Positions 53,640 to 64,000 of a DNA stretch of 64,000 bases are shown piece after piece. Made by a program: the position numbers and the translations under genes. The first letter of the stretch is position 1. Every line of letters begins with the position of its first letter. Origin of the DNA: Octopus vulgaris (taxonomy: Eukaryota); contig OX597815.1 in NCBI GenBank assembly GCA_951406725.2, forward strand, positions 91,078,001 to 91,142,000. Reading direction: 5' to 3'. The notes beneath the pieces were generated by a model. It made no database searches. It had not been told where the DNA came from and worked only from the letters and a program-made list of their open reading frames with translations.

Positions 53640-55260
53640 GATGTGTTGTGAAATATTAAGTAAGAAGTCACTGATACACAAAATTCAAAGGCATTTGGAG
53701 GAGAAAGGCAACGATTTTGTAATAAAAGAAAAGTTGACATTTGAAAGAAAAGAAAGTTGTTAAATGACGACGGTTCAGAGATTCAAACAACAGTGCGATA
53801 TTTTCTTTAGAAATAAACTACATGAATATTACACTGTTTCTTGAGGGTTGCAAAATCAAAGAAACTCTACACAATTTGAGAGGATCTTGTAAACCTAGCA
53901 ACCATTGACATAGCCATATTACATGTGAAGATGATATTGCTAAGATGTTAAAGTAGGTTCCATTTTCAAACTATACGCTATGTAAAAGTATTAGTGATTT
54001 TTCGAGAGAGCTTAAGAAAGCAATTCCTTTCCGTAATAAAAGCAAGTCGTCCAATTTATGGCTTATATACGACAGCCCAGTGAATATGGCATAGAAAAGG
54101 ATTTCATTCTGGAAACCATTTTGTGTTTCGACTGCAGAAAATGATATTTTGAAACGATAGAATTCTATTTTAGTAAACAGTTTCTGGGCTAGAATGACTA
54201 GTTTCGGCGTATGCACCAACACTGCAGCAGCAATGATACGTGTTCGCAAGGGTTTTGAGGAAAAGTAGGGTATATTAATCGTCGTTCCCTATTCTACTGT
54301 TTTTTTAGAGAAAAGGCTTGTTTCAACTATATCGTTAGAATTAGTTTAATGTCAAAGGACATTGTTCAACTTGTAAACTTTATAAGATTAGTATCTTACC
54401 ATAACAGTCTCTTCAGTGATTTTTACTTTTCAATCAGTTCTGAATATGAACGCGGGCGATTATTTAGCAAAGATCAAATGTTTATCTCGCGGAAATGTTC
54501 CGCAGCAAAGTTCTAACACTACTTCACAATGAAGTGAAACAGATTTTTTTTAATCATTCTTTAATTTCAAGACAATTACAAGTGGCCGCTTCAGTTAAAT
54601 TGTCTTCCTAAGATTTTTTCAGAATTTAATAACTTAATTATCTCTATACATAACTGCGATCAGACGGTTATTACTTTAATGAAGAAAATACATGCATTTA
54701 AAGAAAAGCTCAAATTGTGGAAAAGGAAAGTGAAGCACTGAAAATCTGCATATTTCCCAGCAGTCAATTTATTAAAAGAAGATAATGGTAATGATTTTAA
54801 TGTTGTGTAGAATATCTGAAAACATTAAAGAAAATTGACGACAGAATTCAATCGGTGCATTCCAACAGAAGATGCTGAAAGGTGTAATTGGGTACGAATT
54901 TCATTTAGTATTGATAGTTATGCTATGTATGAGGTTTTGGTCAACATTAATAAATTTCAAAAGCAGTTTATTTAAATTTCAAACTTACACGACAGTGATA
55001 ATTTCAATAAGCTTGTTGAATATGTCCGTGCATTATAGCTTATAGCTATGGAGGGAAAACCAATTACTAGAAATGCAGCGATGAAAGAGTTTCTCTTTGT
55101 TACAACACATATGAATCCTGATTTTTAACATTTACAAACACAAAACCAATTTAAGAAACATGTTGCAACAGGAGTGTAACTCAAGATGCAGCTTACTGAA
55201 AATGAAACCCAAAGAGGAGGCATCTTCTAAACTTGTCCATGGTTAAAACTTTCATTACAT
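53640..55260 (+). pseudogene. hAT Charlie/Buster-type transposase pseudogene, heavily decayed
   Basis: KSKKLYTI, KPSNH/ATIDIA, KMLK*VPFSNYT, QFMAYIR, GVCTNTAAAMIRVRKGF, CLSRGNV (cf. WLSRG), AFKEKLKLWKRKV, WVRISF, FVTTH. Confidence 0.8.
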
Positions 55261-55948
55261 TTCGTAAATGTGTTTATCGTTTCACCTAGGATTTAGGTTT
55301 TAATGCATAACAGTGAAATAGAGAAAATGCTGGTATGCACACAGCTTAAATAGAAACTAATGCTTACTAAGCTATGAACCTGGCCGCTTGTATCACTAAA
55401 TCCTCTTACAAAATAATCTTTATATAATACTCTAAAGTTCTTTCGTATCTTTTTGCTTTGGTATACGTAATTGTATAACAAGAAGTGAAGCTGTTAAATA
55501 CCATACCGAATCAGCTTGTCTGTTTAATTAAGTGTTGAATTACTTCTATTAAATGTACTTCAACAAATTCTGTTGTGAAAAGAATGAATAATATTTATTA
55601 TTACTTTCACGGAAAGATTTTCTTGCTTCGACTTTTGTGATTTTGCTACTCTTCAAAATATTATAAGGATTCATCATATTCATGCAAGAACCACTGTACT
55701 AGATCATCACATGTGGGTCAACAGAAGTTAGACGTAGAGGACAGTTACCCCCTTGTACAGTTTCCGATACAATTTTTACAAAATACATTCTAATCCACTC
55801 AAACATACTAGCAACACTCTATAAGTACTCATCAGTGAATTAAGTAGATTTCATAGCTATGACAAATGTCTACGTGATAGAAATAAAATGAATGTTAAAA
55901 CACAAGATTCTCCATACAAAACAAAAAATGACAGATACCTTCATATAC

Positions 55949-56102
55949 GTGTGTATGTGTGTGTGTGTGTGTTTGTCTAAGTGTGTGTGTCTAAGTGTGT
56001 GTGTGTGTGTGTGTTTGTCTAAGTGTGTGTGTCTAAGTGTGTGTGTGTGTGTGTTTGTCTTTGTGTGTGTGTCTTAGTGTGTGTGTGTGTGTGTGTTTGT
56101 CT

Positions 56103-56150
<48 letters not shown>

Positions 56151-56160
56151 GTGTGTGTGT
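55949..56160. repeat. (GT)n array punctuated by recurring (TT)GTCTAA units
   Basis: Direct observation. Confidence 0.85.
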
Positions 56161-57299
56161 AGATTTGTTCTCAGATTTGCTACAAAGATTGGAGAGACAA
56201 AAGTATGAAAAATTAATTATTATTGCCAATAGATATACGGTCTCTACAGTAAGAAAACTAAAACAAACAGAAGAATATAAAAAGCTTTTGTTTCAAACAA
56301 CTGAAATTGCGAATCAATATCTGGTCAGCATGTGGTATGACGTGATCAACATAAATACAGCGCAGCAACAACAACAACAACAAGAAAACTTGATAATCAT
56401 ACTCCATCTCTATGTGTGCGTGTGTGTGCGTAAAAACTATAAATTTTTATGTCATTTTACCTGGTTATTGTTATTTAGCACTGAGTTAACCCTGATCGAG
56501 CAGAATATCAAAGTCATATCAGTCGTGATAATTTTCGTCTCTTCCTTTCTTAAGGATGTAAGGTTTTATTTGAGAGAAACTTAACTGCTGTTTTTAACAA
56601 GCCGAGGACAGCAAAGAGACAAACAAGGTAAACTAAAGATGTGTGTTTTTGAAATCAATTTCGTTGTTGCTGCCCATAAAAATAGACAATAACTGAATCC
56701 CTGACTTATAGTACGAAAACCTATTCTCTATAAACAAAGACTTGGCACTGATAATACATTAGCATTATTCAATAAATTTGTTTAGACATACATAAACACA
56801 CAAAATCATATATAAAACTTCCAACTAATTAATAAGAAATCGAAATTTTAACAAAGTATATAAAGAAACCAATTTTTAATTAACACCGTTAAAACACTAT
56901 CAATATTCATTCGATAAGTTATTGTAAACATATATGCACAAAAACAATTCAGTTAAAAAAAAAATATCTATTTTTACAGACTGCAGAAACAACTATATTA
57001 AAAATGAAAATACGAAAATATATACATAAATGAATAAAATTACTTCCATCTCTTCCTTCCAATGCAAACACATTTTTTATATAATAATCGTCACCATTGA
57101 TTGCTTCTTGATACGCACAAATCGTTACAGTATTGCCACTTCATTATCCAACTCGCTATCGGTTCACACTCTAGTCAACGGTGGTTTTGTGTTTATGTTG
57201 TCGCATGTGTATTGCTGTTGTTGGCTACTGTGGTAGCTGGTTCAGTTGACGAATGAAAATACGTTTCTCGGGCTGCAAGTAGAAGTAACTGAACAACAC

Positions 57300-57740
57300 C
57301 CGCGGACATTTAACAGATTTAATTACCGCAAATAAAGACAAACTGCGTTGGCCTTTCACAGTTGACGGCAGCAATGATTACAAACTTGGAGAAAGATACT
57401 GCTTGACGTTTACGGCAAGTTATTGATATGTTAAAATACGGCTTGCCCATCGTAACTAGAAACAATTGTGCTATATTCGTGGCGACGGCGGTTTCTATCC
57501 TCATCTATCTGTGCCATCAGTCTCAGCCACCTTCCTGGGTCGGCTGACTGGTAAAAATGCGTGTCGAATGGGTTTTATAGGGAACCAGAAGTCAAATTCT
57601 AGAATGTTCGAGGAAACCTGTCCACACCACCGCTTCACGCTGATTGGTTGGTTAATAAACCGACCGCATGAAACAATGGTGGTTTCTTCGTGATACCTGA
57701 CCGCGTATACAGAGATCCGTCTTCGAGTTACCACGACAAT
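57300..57740 (-). mobile_element. Decayed L1/Tx1-like reverse transcriptase fragment
   Basis: CGRFINQPISV (cf. GRSI.DNI), ILEFDFWFPIKPIRHAFL (cf. LDF.KAFD.V.H.FL), PYFNISITCRKRQAVSFS (cf. F.I.RGVRQG.PLS). Confidence 0.45.
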
Positions 57741-58549
57741 GCTTTATTTTCAATCATTATTGAGATGTAGACACAGTAACCACAATCCTATTTTAACATC
57801 TTCATTCAAAAGATGGCTACATACGAGGCTGGAAGCTTAGTTTGGTTTCTCTATTCTTTACGTGTACCTCACTATCATACTAATTAAACATGCCGATACA
57901 GAAGTATTAAACGAGTTTAATTGCTGTTTGTTTAACGAAATATGCATAAGTCAAATGCATCATTTATCCTATTTGCACAATATATATAAACAGGTAGCTG
58001 CGTGTTCGAGTCTACTGTACGACGTTTTGAACATGGATTTTCTGCTATACCTTCGGAGTCACCAATATCTTATGAATGACATTTGGTAGATGAAAACTGT
58101 TCAGAGCCCGTCATGTGGGGTCGGGGGTTCGGGCGCGTGATACAAATGTCAATGGAGTCTTTAGTATGGTCGGAAGGTCGATGACTAAACCAGCAACCTT
58201 ACCGAAACCGCTTGGTAAGGAAAGTGATCTTCATTGAACATCCTACAAGACGAAAAACAAAACATATCAAAGGACAGGTGAACACAGTAGAGTTAACTGC
58301 CATCATGTAGGTGAGAATGAGGGAATCCTAGCCTTTGTTTGGACTTCTCGCTAAAAGAAGGTAATTCCGAAACAACACTCACCGCATTAGGAAGCCGAGA
58401 TCTTGTTTTTGCTTATTTCTGAACTACTTGGCTTTGTAGGCAAGAGTTTTAAAGATAGTGTGCAAGCTGTTATGACGGTCATATTCGATTCATGGATGGA
58501 AACTGAAAGAAGCCTTTCGCACACGTGTGTGTGGGGCGGGTGTTTGTCA

Positions 58550-58812
58550 TTCGACTAAGATTCTTCAAGGAAGTGCTCCTTCAGGGCTATAGTCTAATAA
58601 CAGAAACAAGTAAAATATTATGTGTGTGTGTGTGTGTGTGTGTATGTGTGTGTGTGCGTATGTGTGTGTGAGCTCCACCATGGCTGCTGTCTAATAACAG
58701 AAACAAGTAAAAGATTATGTGTGTGTGTGTGCGTGTGTGTGTCTGTGTGTGAGTGTGTCTGTGTGCACCACTATGGCTGCAGTCTAATAACAGAAACAAG
58801 TAAAAGATTATG
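58550..58812 (+). repeat. Three tandem copies of a SINE tail, each followed by (GT)n
   Basis: GTCTAATAACAGAAACAAGTAAAA(G/T)ATTATGTGTG at about 58592, 58689 and 58782. Confidence 0.85.
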
Positions 58813-59792
58813 TGTGAGTGTGTGTGTGTGTGTGTGTATGTGTGTGTGTGCGTGTGTGCTTACTCTTCGTATGGGTGATGGGTATGAAGAGTAAACACAT
58901 CTATATATACATATATGGATGTGTGAATGTGCATACGTGTTCTTGTATTTGCACATATGTGTATATATACGTATATACTTGTATGCATGCATGCATGCAT
59001 GTATGTATGTATGTATGTATGTATGTATGTATGTATGTATGTATGTATGTATGTATGTATGTATGTATGTATGTATGTATGCATGTGTGTATGTATGTAT
59101 GTATGTATACGTGCGTACTTGCAGAAGTACAAATTTTCATAACTTTGTTCATACTTTATAAACGAATATTTCATTCTTTTATTAGCCATAAACTTTATTT
59201 ATATTTAAATTTCCTCTATCATCTCCATTTAATTTATTCCTTTATTGTTTTAATTTTATTCACCTACTCTCTCTTATCTCCAATCAACCTGTAAACCCCT
59301 CAACCGAACATATAACAATAACAGTCAAATGACTTAAACAAGTAAAAGAATATATACATATTTTTTATTCATATTCTGCAGAATCAACAGAGTGACTCAA
59401 GGGCTGATTTTTTTTATACGTTAGCACTTATCAAACTAGTTAGAACTCGAGGGGTGATAAACATATATACAGGCGATAATAGAATTTCTATATTATTATA
59501 TAGTACAGCAAATTCATTTAGTAAATTTATATAGAGGTGATAATAGTATTTCCCAGGATAGTTCTGGAACAAATTATAAAAACAATTACAATATCACGTG
59601 GATAATTCATATTTTTCAAATATTTTGCCCATGTCGCTGTACAATAAATAAATACATAAATAAATAGGGAAAATTGTGCATACTTACACACACATGTATT
59701 AGAGTGCCAGTGAATATATATACAGTAAATATGTATGCATATATATGTATGCATATATATACATATATATGTATGCATATATATATACATAT

Positions 59793-59849
<57 letters not shown>

Positions 59850-60058
59850 AGAAGTCAGGACGCCATGATAGATCGTTAGCCCCTACACGCATTTTTTTTC
59901 TCTCTCCTTGTTTTTTTCTGTGTATCTTTCTGTCGAAGAGCGTAGGCTCGAAACGTAAAATACTTTTTCTATTTCTATTCCTGAGCGTATACTAATACAT
60001 TTGTTTGTTTGTAATCCACCTGCCTTCGTCTTTTGTTTATTTTTGTAAACTTTCCCGT

Positions 60059-60060
<2 letters not shown>
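59850..60060 (+). mobile_element. PLE pseudo-LTR-like terminus with variant hammerhead
   Basis: Between two (TA)n arrays; TCTTTCTGTCGAAGAGCGTAGGCTCGAAACGTAAAATA (59925-59962); homologous to 37050-37220. Confidence 0.7.
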
Positions 60061-60101
<41 letters not shown>

Positions 60102-60103
<2 letters not shown>

Positions 60104-60175
60104 AGAGTTTACGAAAAAAACAAAAGACGAAGACAGGTGGTATACAAAACGAATAGATATATTAGTATAACGCTG
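60102..60175 (-). mobile_element. Inverted copy of the same terminus across a (TA)n array
   Basis: Reverse complement resembles 59985-60056 (ATACTAATA...CCACCTG.CTTCGTCTTTTGTTT...GTAAACT). Confidence 0.8.
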
Positions 60176-60219
60176 GATTTATAAGGCACTAAAAGAAATG
60201 ACTCTCCCCAGACAAAACA

Positions 60220-60268
<49 letters not shown>

Positions 60269-60299
60269 GTTCTGTCTCTGTGCGTGTATAAAAGATTAT

Positions 60300-61190
60300 A
60301 ACGGTGTATTTTCAACTGACTGGAAAGAGAACATCGGCAATGCAGAGGAACGAAAGGAGAAGAGGTACGAAAAACTAATCGAAGAGTGCAGAGAACAGGG
60401 ATGGAATGTCGAGTATTACCACCTGGCAGTGGGGGCTAGAGTCTTCATTGAAAGGAAAATGACAACGCTATTCAAAAGAAGATTTGTTTTTTCTAGCTCC
60501 GAGCTGCGAAAACTAATAAGGAGAGTACAGGAGGCGGTTGAAAAAGTCAGCTTCTATATATGGCTGAAGCGGGAAGACCAAAAATGGCTTGAAAGTCATA
60601 ACATGCCGGCGGGAAATAGCATCACTAGGTGAGACAAGCTGACACTGAATTAGCTTCGCTGACTGACAGGTGACGGTCGTTTAGAGAATGCGTGGGCTAA
60701 GACTACGCGCCTTCATTGATCAGTTAAAGTTGAGACAGTGTCACGTGACAACTTGCTGGGGCTGCCTGCTGGAGACTAGCAGGTATTTAAAAGGAAAATT
60801 TGACAAGTCAGGCAGTCGCCGGCTGACACTTGTTGATGCTACACCGAATGGCCAGGGAACAGAATAAAGAAGAAAGAAGACATGCACCCAACACCAGAGC
60901 TGAAGACACCCCCGAAAGGGGGGGGGCGTTACGTCAAAACGGTAGAGGAGTAGGGGCCGAAACCGGACGTGGTTCCTCCTGATGATGTCTTGAGCTAACT
61001 GGATCCTATAAAGGAGCTGTTGTGCTAGCAGACCACGAAACACGGTTGTAATTCCTCCAAACTGGGAGCATACATTATTTGTGTTCCAGGGTTCCAGGGG
61101 TGGTTTTAGACTCTTAAAAGATTTCACATAATGAGTAACGGGCTCCCTAGGGGCAGAAAACACCCGTTCCTGGCTTACGTGGAGTACAGA
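60300..61190 (+). mobile_element. HERO-like non-LTR retrotransposon 3' end (REL endonuclease C-terminus and probable GC-rich 3' region)
   Basis: WKENIGNAEERKEKRYEKLIEECREQGWNVEYYHLAVGARVFI...AVEKVSFYIWLKRED (stop at 60632); the extent beyond the stop is uncertain. Confidence 0.75.
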
Positions 61191-61564
61191 GGTAACTGTT
61201 TACGAAGTAACGTTCAGAAATTGATTGCCTCCCTTACATCCATTGGTCATAAAAAAAATTTAATATTACTTTTAATATTAGATTCACGTCCTTGAAGGTT
61301 TTTAAACATTTTTACTTTCGGTTTTCTAGTGTCAGTGACATCTATATCTCTCTATCTATACCTCTCTATCGCTGTCTATCTATATCTCTCTATCTGGTTC
61401 CTTCGATACTGGCTCTTTGGTTCAATCACAAATTTCACTTATTTTCCGTAAAAATTTCTTATTTACTTTCTGCCGTCGTATTAAGAAATATAACTTCGTT
61501 TACCCAGTTATTTTCATTGTTTACTGTCTACAGCACCCGTGTATTTTTGTATACCTATAGAACC

Positions 61565-62182
61565 ATGCCTGGAAGGAAAGTGTCAAATTTGTCTACAATG
61601 TCAAGGTCAGCCAAAAGAATGTCTCTGTCCAGGGAAAGAGAGACAGCTGCAAAAAGGGACGCATACCAAGAGACGAACAGACTGTGCACTACAAAAGCCA
61701 GAACATCACAAACAAATGAACAGAGGTATGCACGGCTGACAAGGAATAGGATCTCCACTGCAGTACGAAGAGAAGTTGCAACAGCTCAGAGAAGTAACTT
61801 CTATGAAGCAGCTTTCAATTTTGCTCCTGTAGTTCATTATGCAGATGACACTAGAGTTTCCATTGGTGCAATGACAGCTGAGTGCATACATTATAACGCA
61901 AGGAAGTGGACTGGAAAGTCACCTGCACTGTGCTACAGTGGTGGAAAGGTTAAACTCCCTGCAATTGAACAAAACTGTTGTCATCAACTGACCAAGCATT
62001 TCCAAAACAAAATTAGACAATACAACGCTGCACTACAGTTGACATCATTTGGAGCCACAAGAGATTTAACTGAGTCAGGTTTCATGCAAACTTTCAAGAT
62101 CCAAGGTCAGGTTTATCATCGAATTGGTTCTCTACTACCTCTGTCAAATGAATCACCAAAACCGGCCTTTCATTGTTTATAA
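61565..62182 (+). mobile_element. Helitron Rep/Hel N-terminal fragment (truncated ORF)
   Basis: MPGRKVSNLS...AAFNF...IGAMTAECIHYNARKWTGKSPALCYSGGKVKLP...HFQNKIRQYNAALQLTSFGA...TFKIQGQVYHRIGSLLP; zinc-finger cysteines partly mutated; ends before the Rep motifs. Confidence 0.9.
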
Positions 62183-62830
62183 TCTATATATGCACATGCA
62201 TAAATATATCTACGTAAAGCGAAACAAGAGTATATAAACATAGGCGCATAAGTGCTCTTAAATACGCATATATACATACACCTTCGCGTACTCATATTTG
62301 AGTGAATATACATGTATAAATACTATTATCACCAGTATATAAATTTTACAGCCCTTCGAGTTGTAACTAGCTTGATAAGTGCCAGCACACGAAGCTCTCA
62401 ACCTTTGAGTCATTCTGTTGTTTCTGTTAAATATTAAGAAAAAAGAGTATGTGTGTATGAGAAAGTGTGAGTGTGCGTTTGCAACCGCACATGTAGATGA
62501 CTACACACATACATCCAGATGTATATACATATATACGTTCAGAAGCAAGTATATGTGAATATATACACACATTGATACATAATACATGCGCATACATGCA
62601 TATAAGTATACAAACGTAAACTAATGCAAAAATTACCTGAGGAAATATGCATGTTGAATTAATGGGATCCATAGAGTCTATGGATATTATAAATAATATT
62701 TAATGATATCCTATGGATATGGTGAGGTGGTCTCATAAAAACACACGTCATGCCGAAACATGTGTAGCAATGTATTAACAAAAATATAAAATCGCCATCT
62801 GTGAAGTACTTCTAGCTATAGATAGAACGG

Positions 62831-62916
<86 letters not shown>

Positions 62917-63192
62917 TGCAGTTTTTACTGGTTGTAAAGCCCACGTCTTGAATTTTTTTAAACCATAGTTTGTACCTATTAAACTGCTTTTTCAAATCCG
63001 TTCACCTTAGTCACTTAGTCATTTGTCATATCTCTGAAATCCCTTTAATTCCATGGCCTCCGGTCAACTTCAAGTCTTATGAGAGAAACTGAGTAAACGG
63101 AAGCACAATGTGATGTTGATGCCCGAGGTTTATGCTAACAATATAAATGTCTCATGAGTCCCTAGCTGCTTACATTATAATTTAGTAAGTAC

Positions 63193-63260
<68 letters not shown>

Positions 63261-63436
63261 CGTTTAAATACTTGTTGTGCAAGATTTTTTATGTGAAGTC
63301 GTGTGTTGAAACAGATATTGTTATATTTCGGAATGGTCATATTGCCAGTTTAGCCAATAAAAACACACGCACTATATATTTGGTGTTATTTTGCTTCAGT
63401 GATATTTATTTTTTACATTAATCTTAATCTTATTTC

Positions 63437-63481
63437 GGCCAGAGTTCTTTCGTCACACTCCTGTGACCGCATCAGTGGTCC
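63437..63481 (-). ncRNA. Minimal type I hammerhead-like motif
   Basis: Minus strand GGACCA-CTGATGC-G-GTCACA-ggag-TGTGAC-GAAA-G-aa-C-TC-TGGCC; A9 replaced by C; about 180 nt from a (TA)n array. Confidence 0.6.
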
Positions 63482-63689
63482 TTTGTTTTCTTCTTTCGTA
63501 TTTATGTCTCTCCTTACTAACCGTCAGCCATTTTGTATTTCTATTGTATGTCTTCATTTGCGCATGCTTATATCTCTATGTGCGTCTATGTTTATTTAGT
63601 GTGTGTGTGGGGGGATGCCTGTAATATTTGTATCTTCTGTTTATATACATTCATGTAATTTGTATTTTGTTTTTGTTGTTGTTGCTTTT

Positions 63690-64000
63690 GTTCTAATTTT
63701 GTTCATGTGTTTACATCCACCCAATATTATCATTACATATGCTTGTATGTATGTATGTATAACAACAATATTAGTAATAATAAAAATAAATCTAATCGAA
63801 AAGAAAAAAAGAAAATCTAATCGAAAAAAAAATATATATATATATACACATATATATATGTGTATATATATGTGTATATATTTTTTTTTTTCGATTAGAT
63901 TTATTTTTATTATTACTAATATTGTTGTTATACATACATACATACAAGCATATGTAATGATAATATCGGGTGGATGTAAACACATGAACAAAATTAGAAC
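63690..64000. repeat. Near-perfect long inverted repeat running to the window edge
   Basis: 63690-63802 is the reverse complement of 63888-64000 with one visible mismatch (CCCAAT vs CCCGAT); TA-rich centre. Confidence 0.95.

Noticed and set aside
61292-61564. 5' extension of the 296-aa ORF
   Set aside because: It starts at a non-ATG codon in low-complexity sequence; Helitron similarity begins at the ATG at 61565.

Overview
AT-rich, microsatellite-saturated animal genomic DNA. The SINE and simple-repeat content suggests a coleoid cephalopod such as an octopus; this is inference from recalled repeat families. I found no supportable host protein-coding gene, and nearly all listed ORFs are translated microsatellites or chance frames. 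The window is a graveyard of mobile elements. Retroelements: tRNA-headed SINEs with a Deu/Nin-like core (many copies, often multimeric), CORE-type SINEs, Penelope-like elements (PLEs), R4/Dong- and HERO-like elements with restriction-like endonucleases, RTE, CR1 and L1/Tx1 LINE relics, and a very decayed BEL/Pao-like pol. DNA elements: two hAT transposase pseudogenes, a hAT MITE, mariner/Tc1/pogo fragments and Helitron pieces. Four observations stand out. (1) SINE arrays at independent loci restart at the same nucleotide (tail AAAGAAATA joined to GGTATTTCG), implying site-specific self-insertion or template jumping. (2) Several minimal type I hammerhead ribozyme motifs lie in PLE-type termini next to (TA)n, including a non-canonical core shared by two copies and one motif preceded by its own antisense copy. 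(3) Different elements sit in different microsatellites: (TAA)n, (CATA)n and (TA)n. (4) There are several long fold-back palindromes. All family calls come from manual motif reading, and boundaries of decayed elements are approximate.
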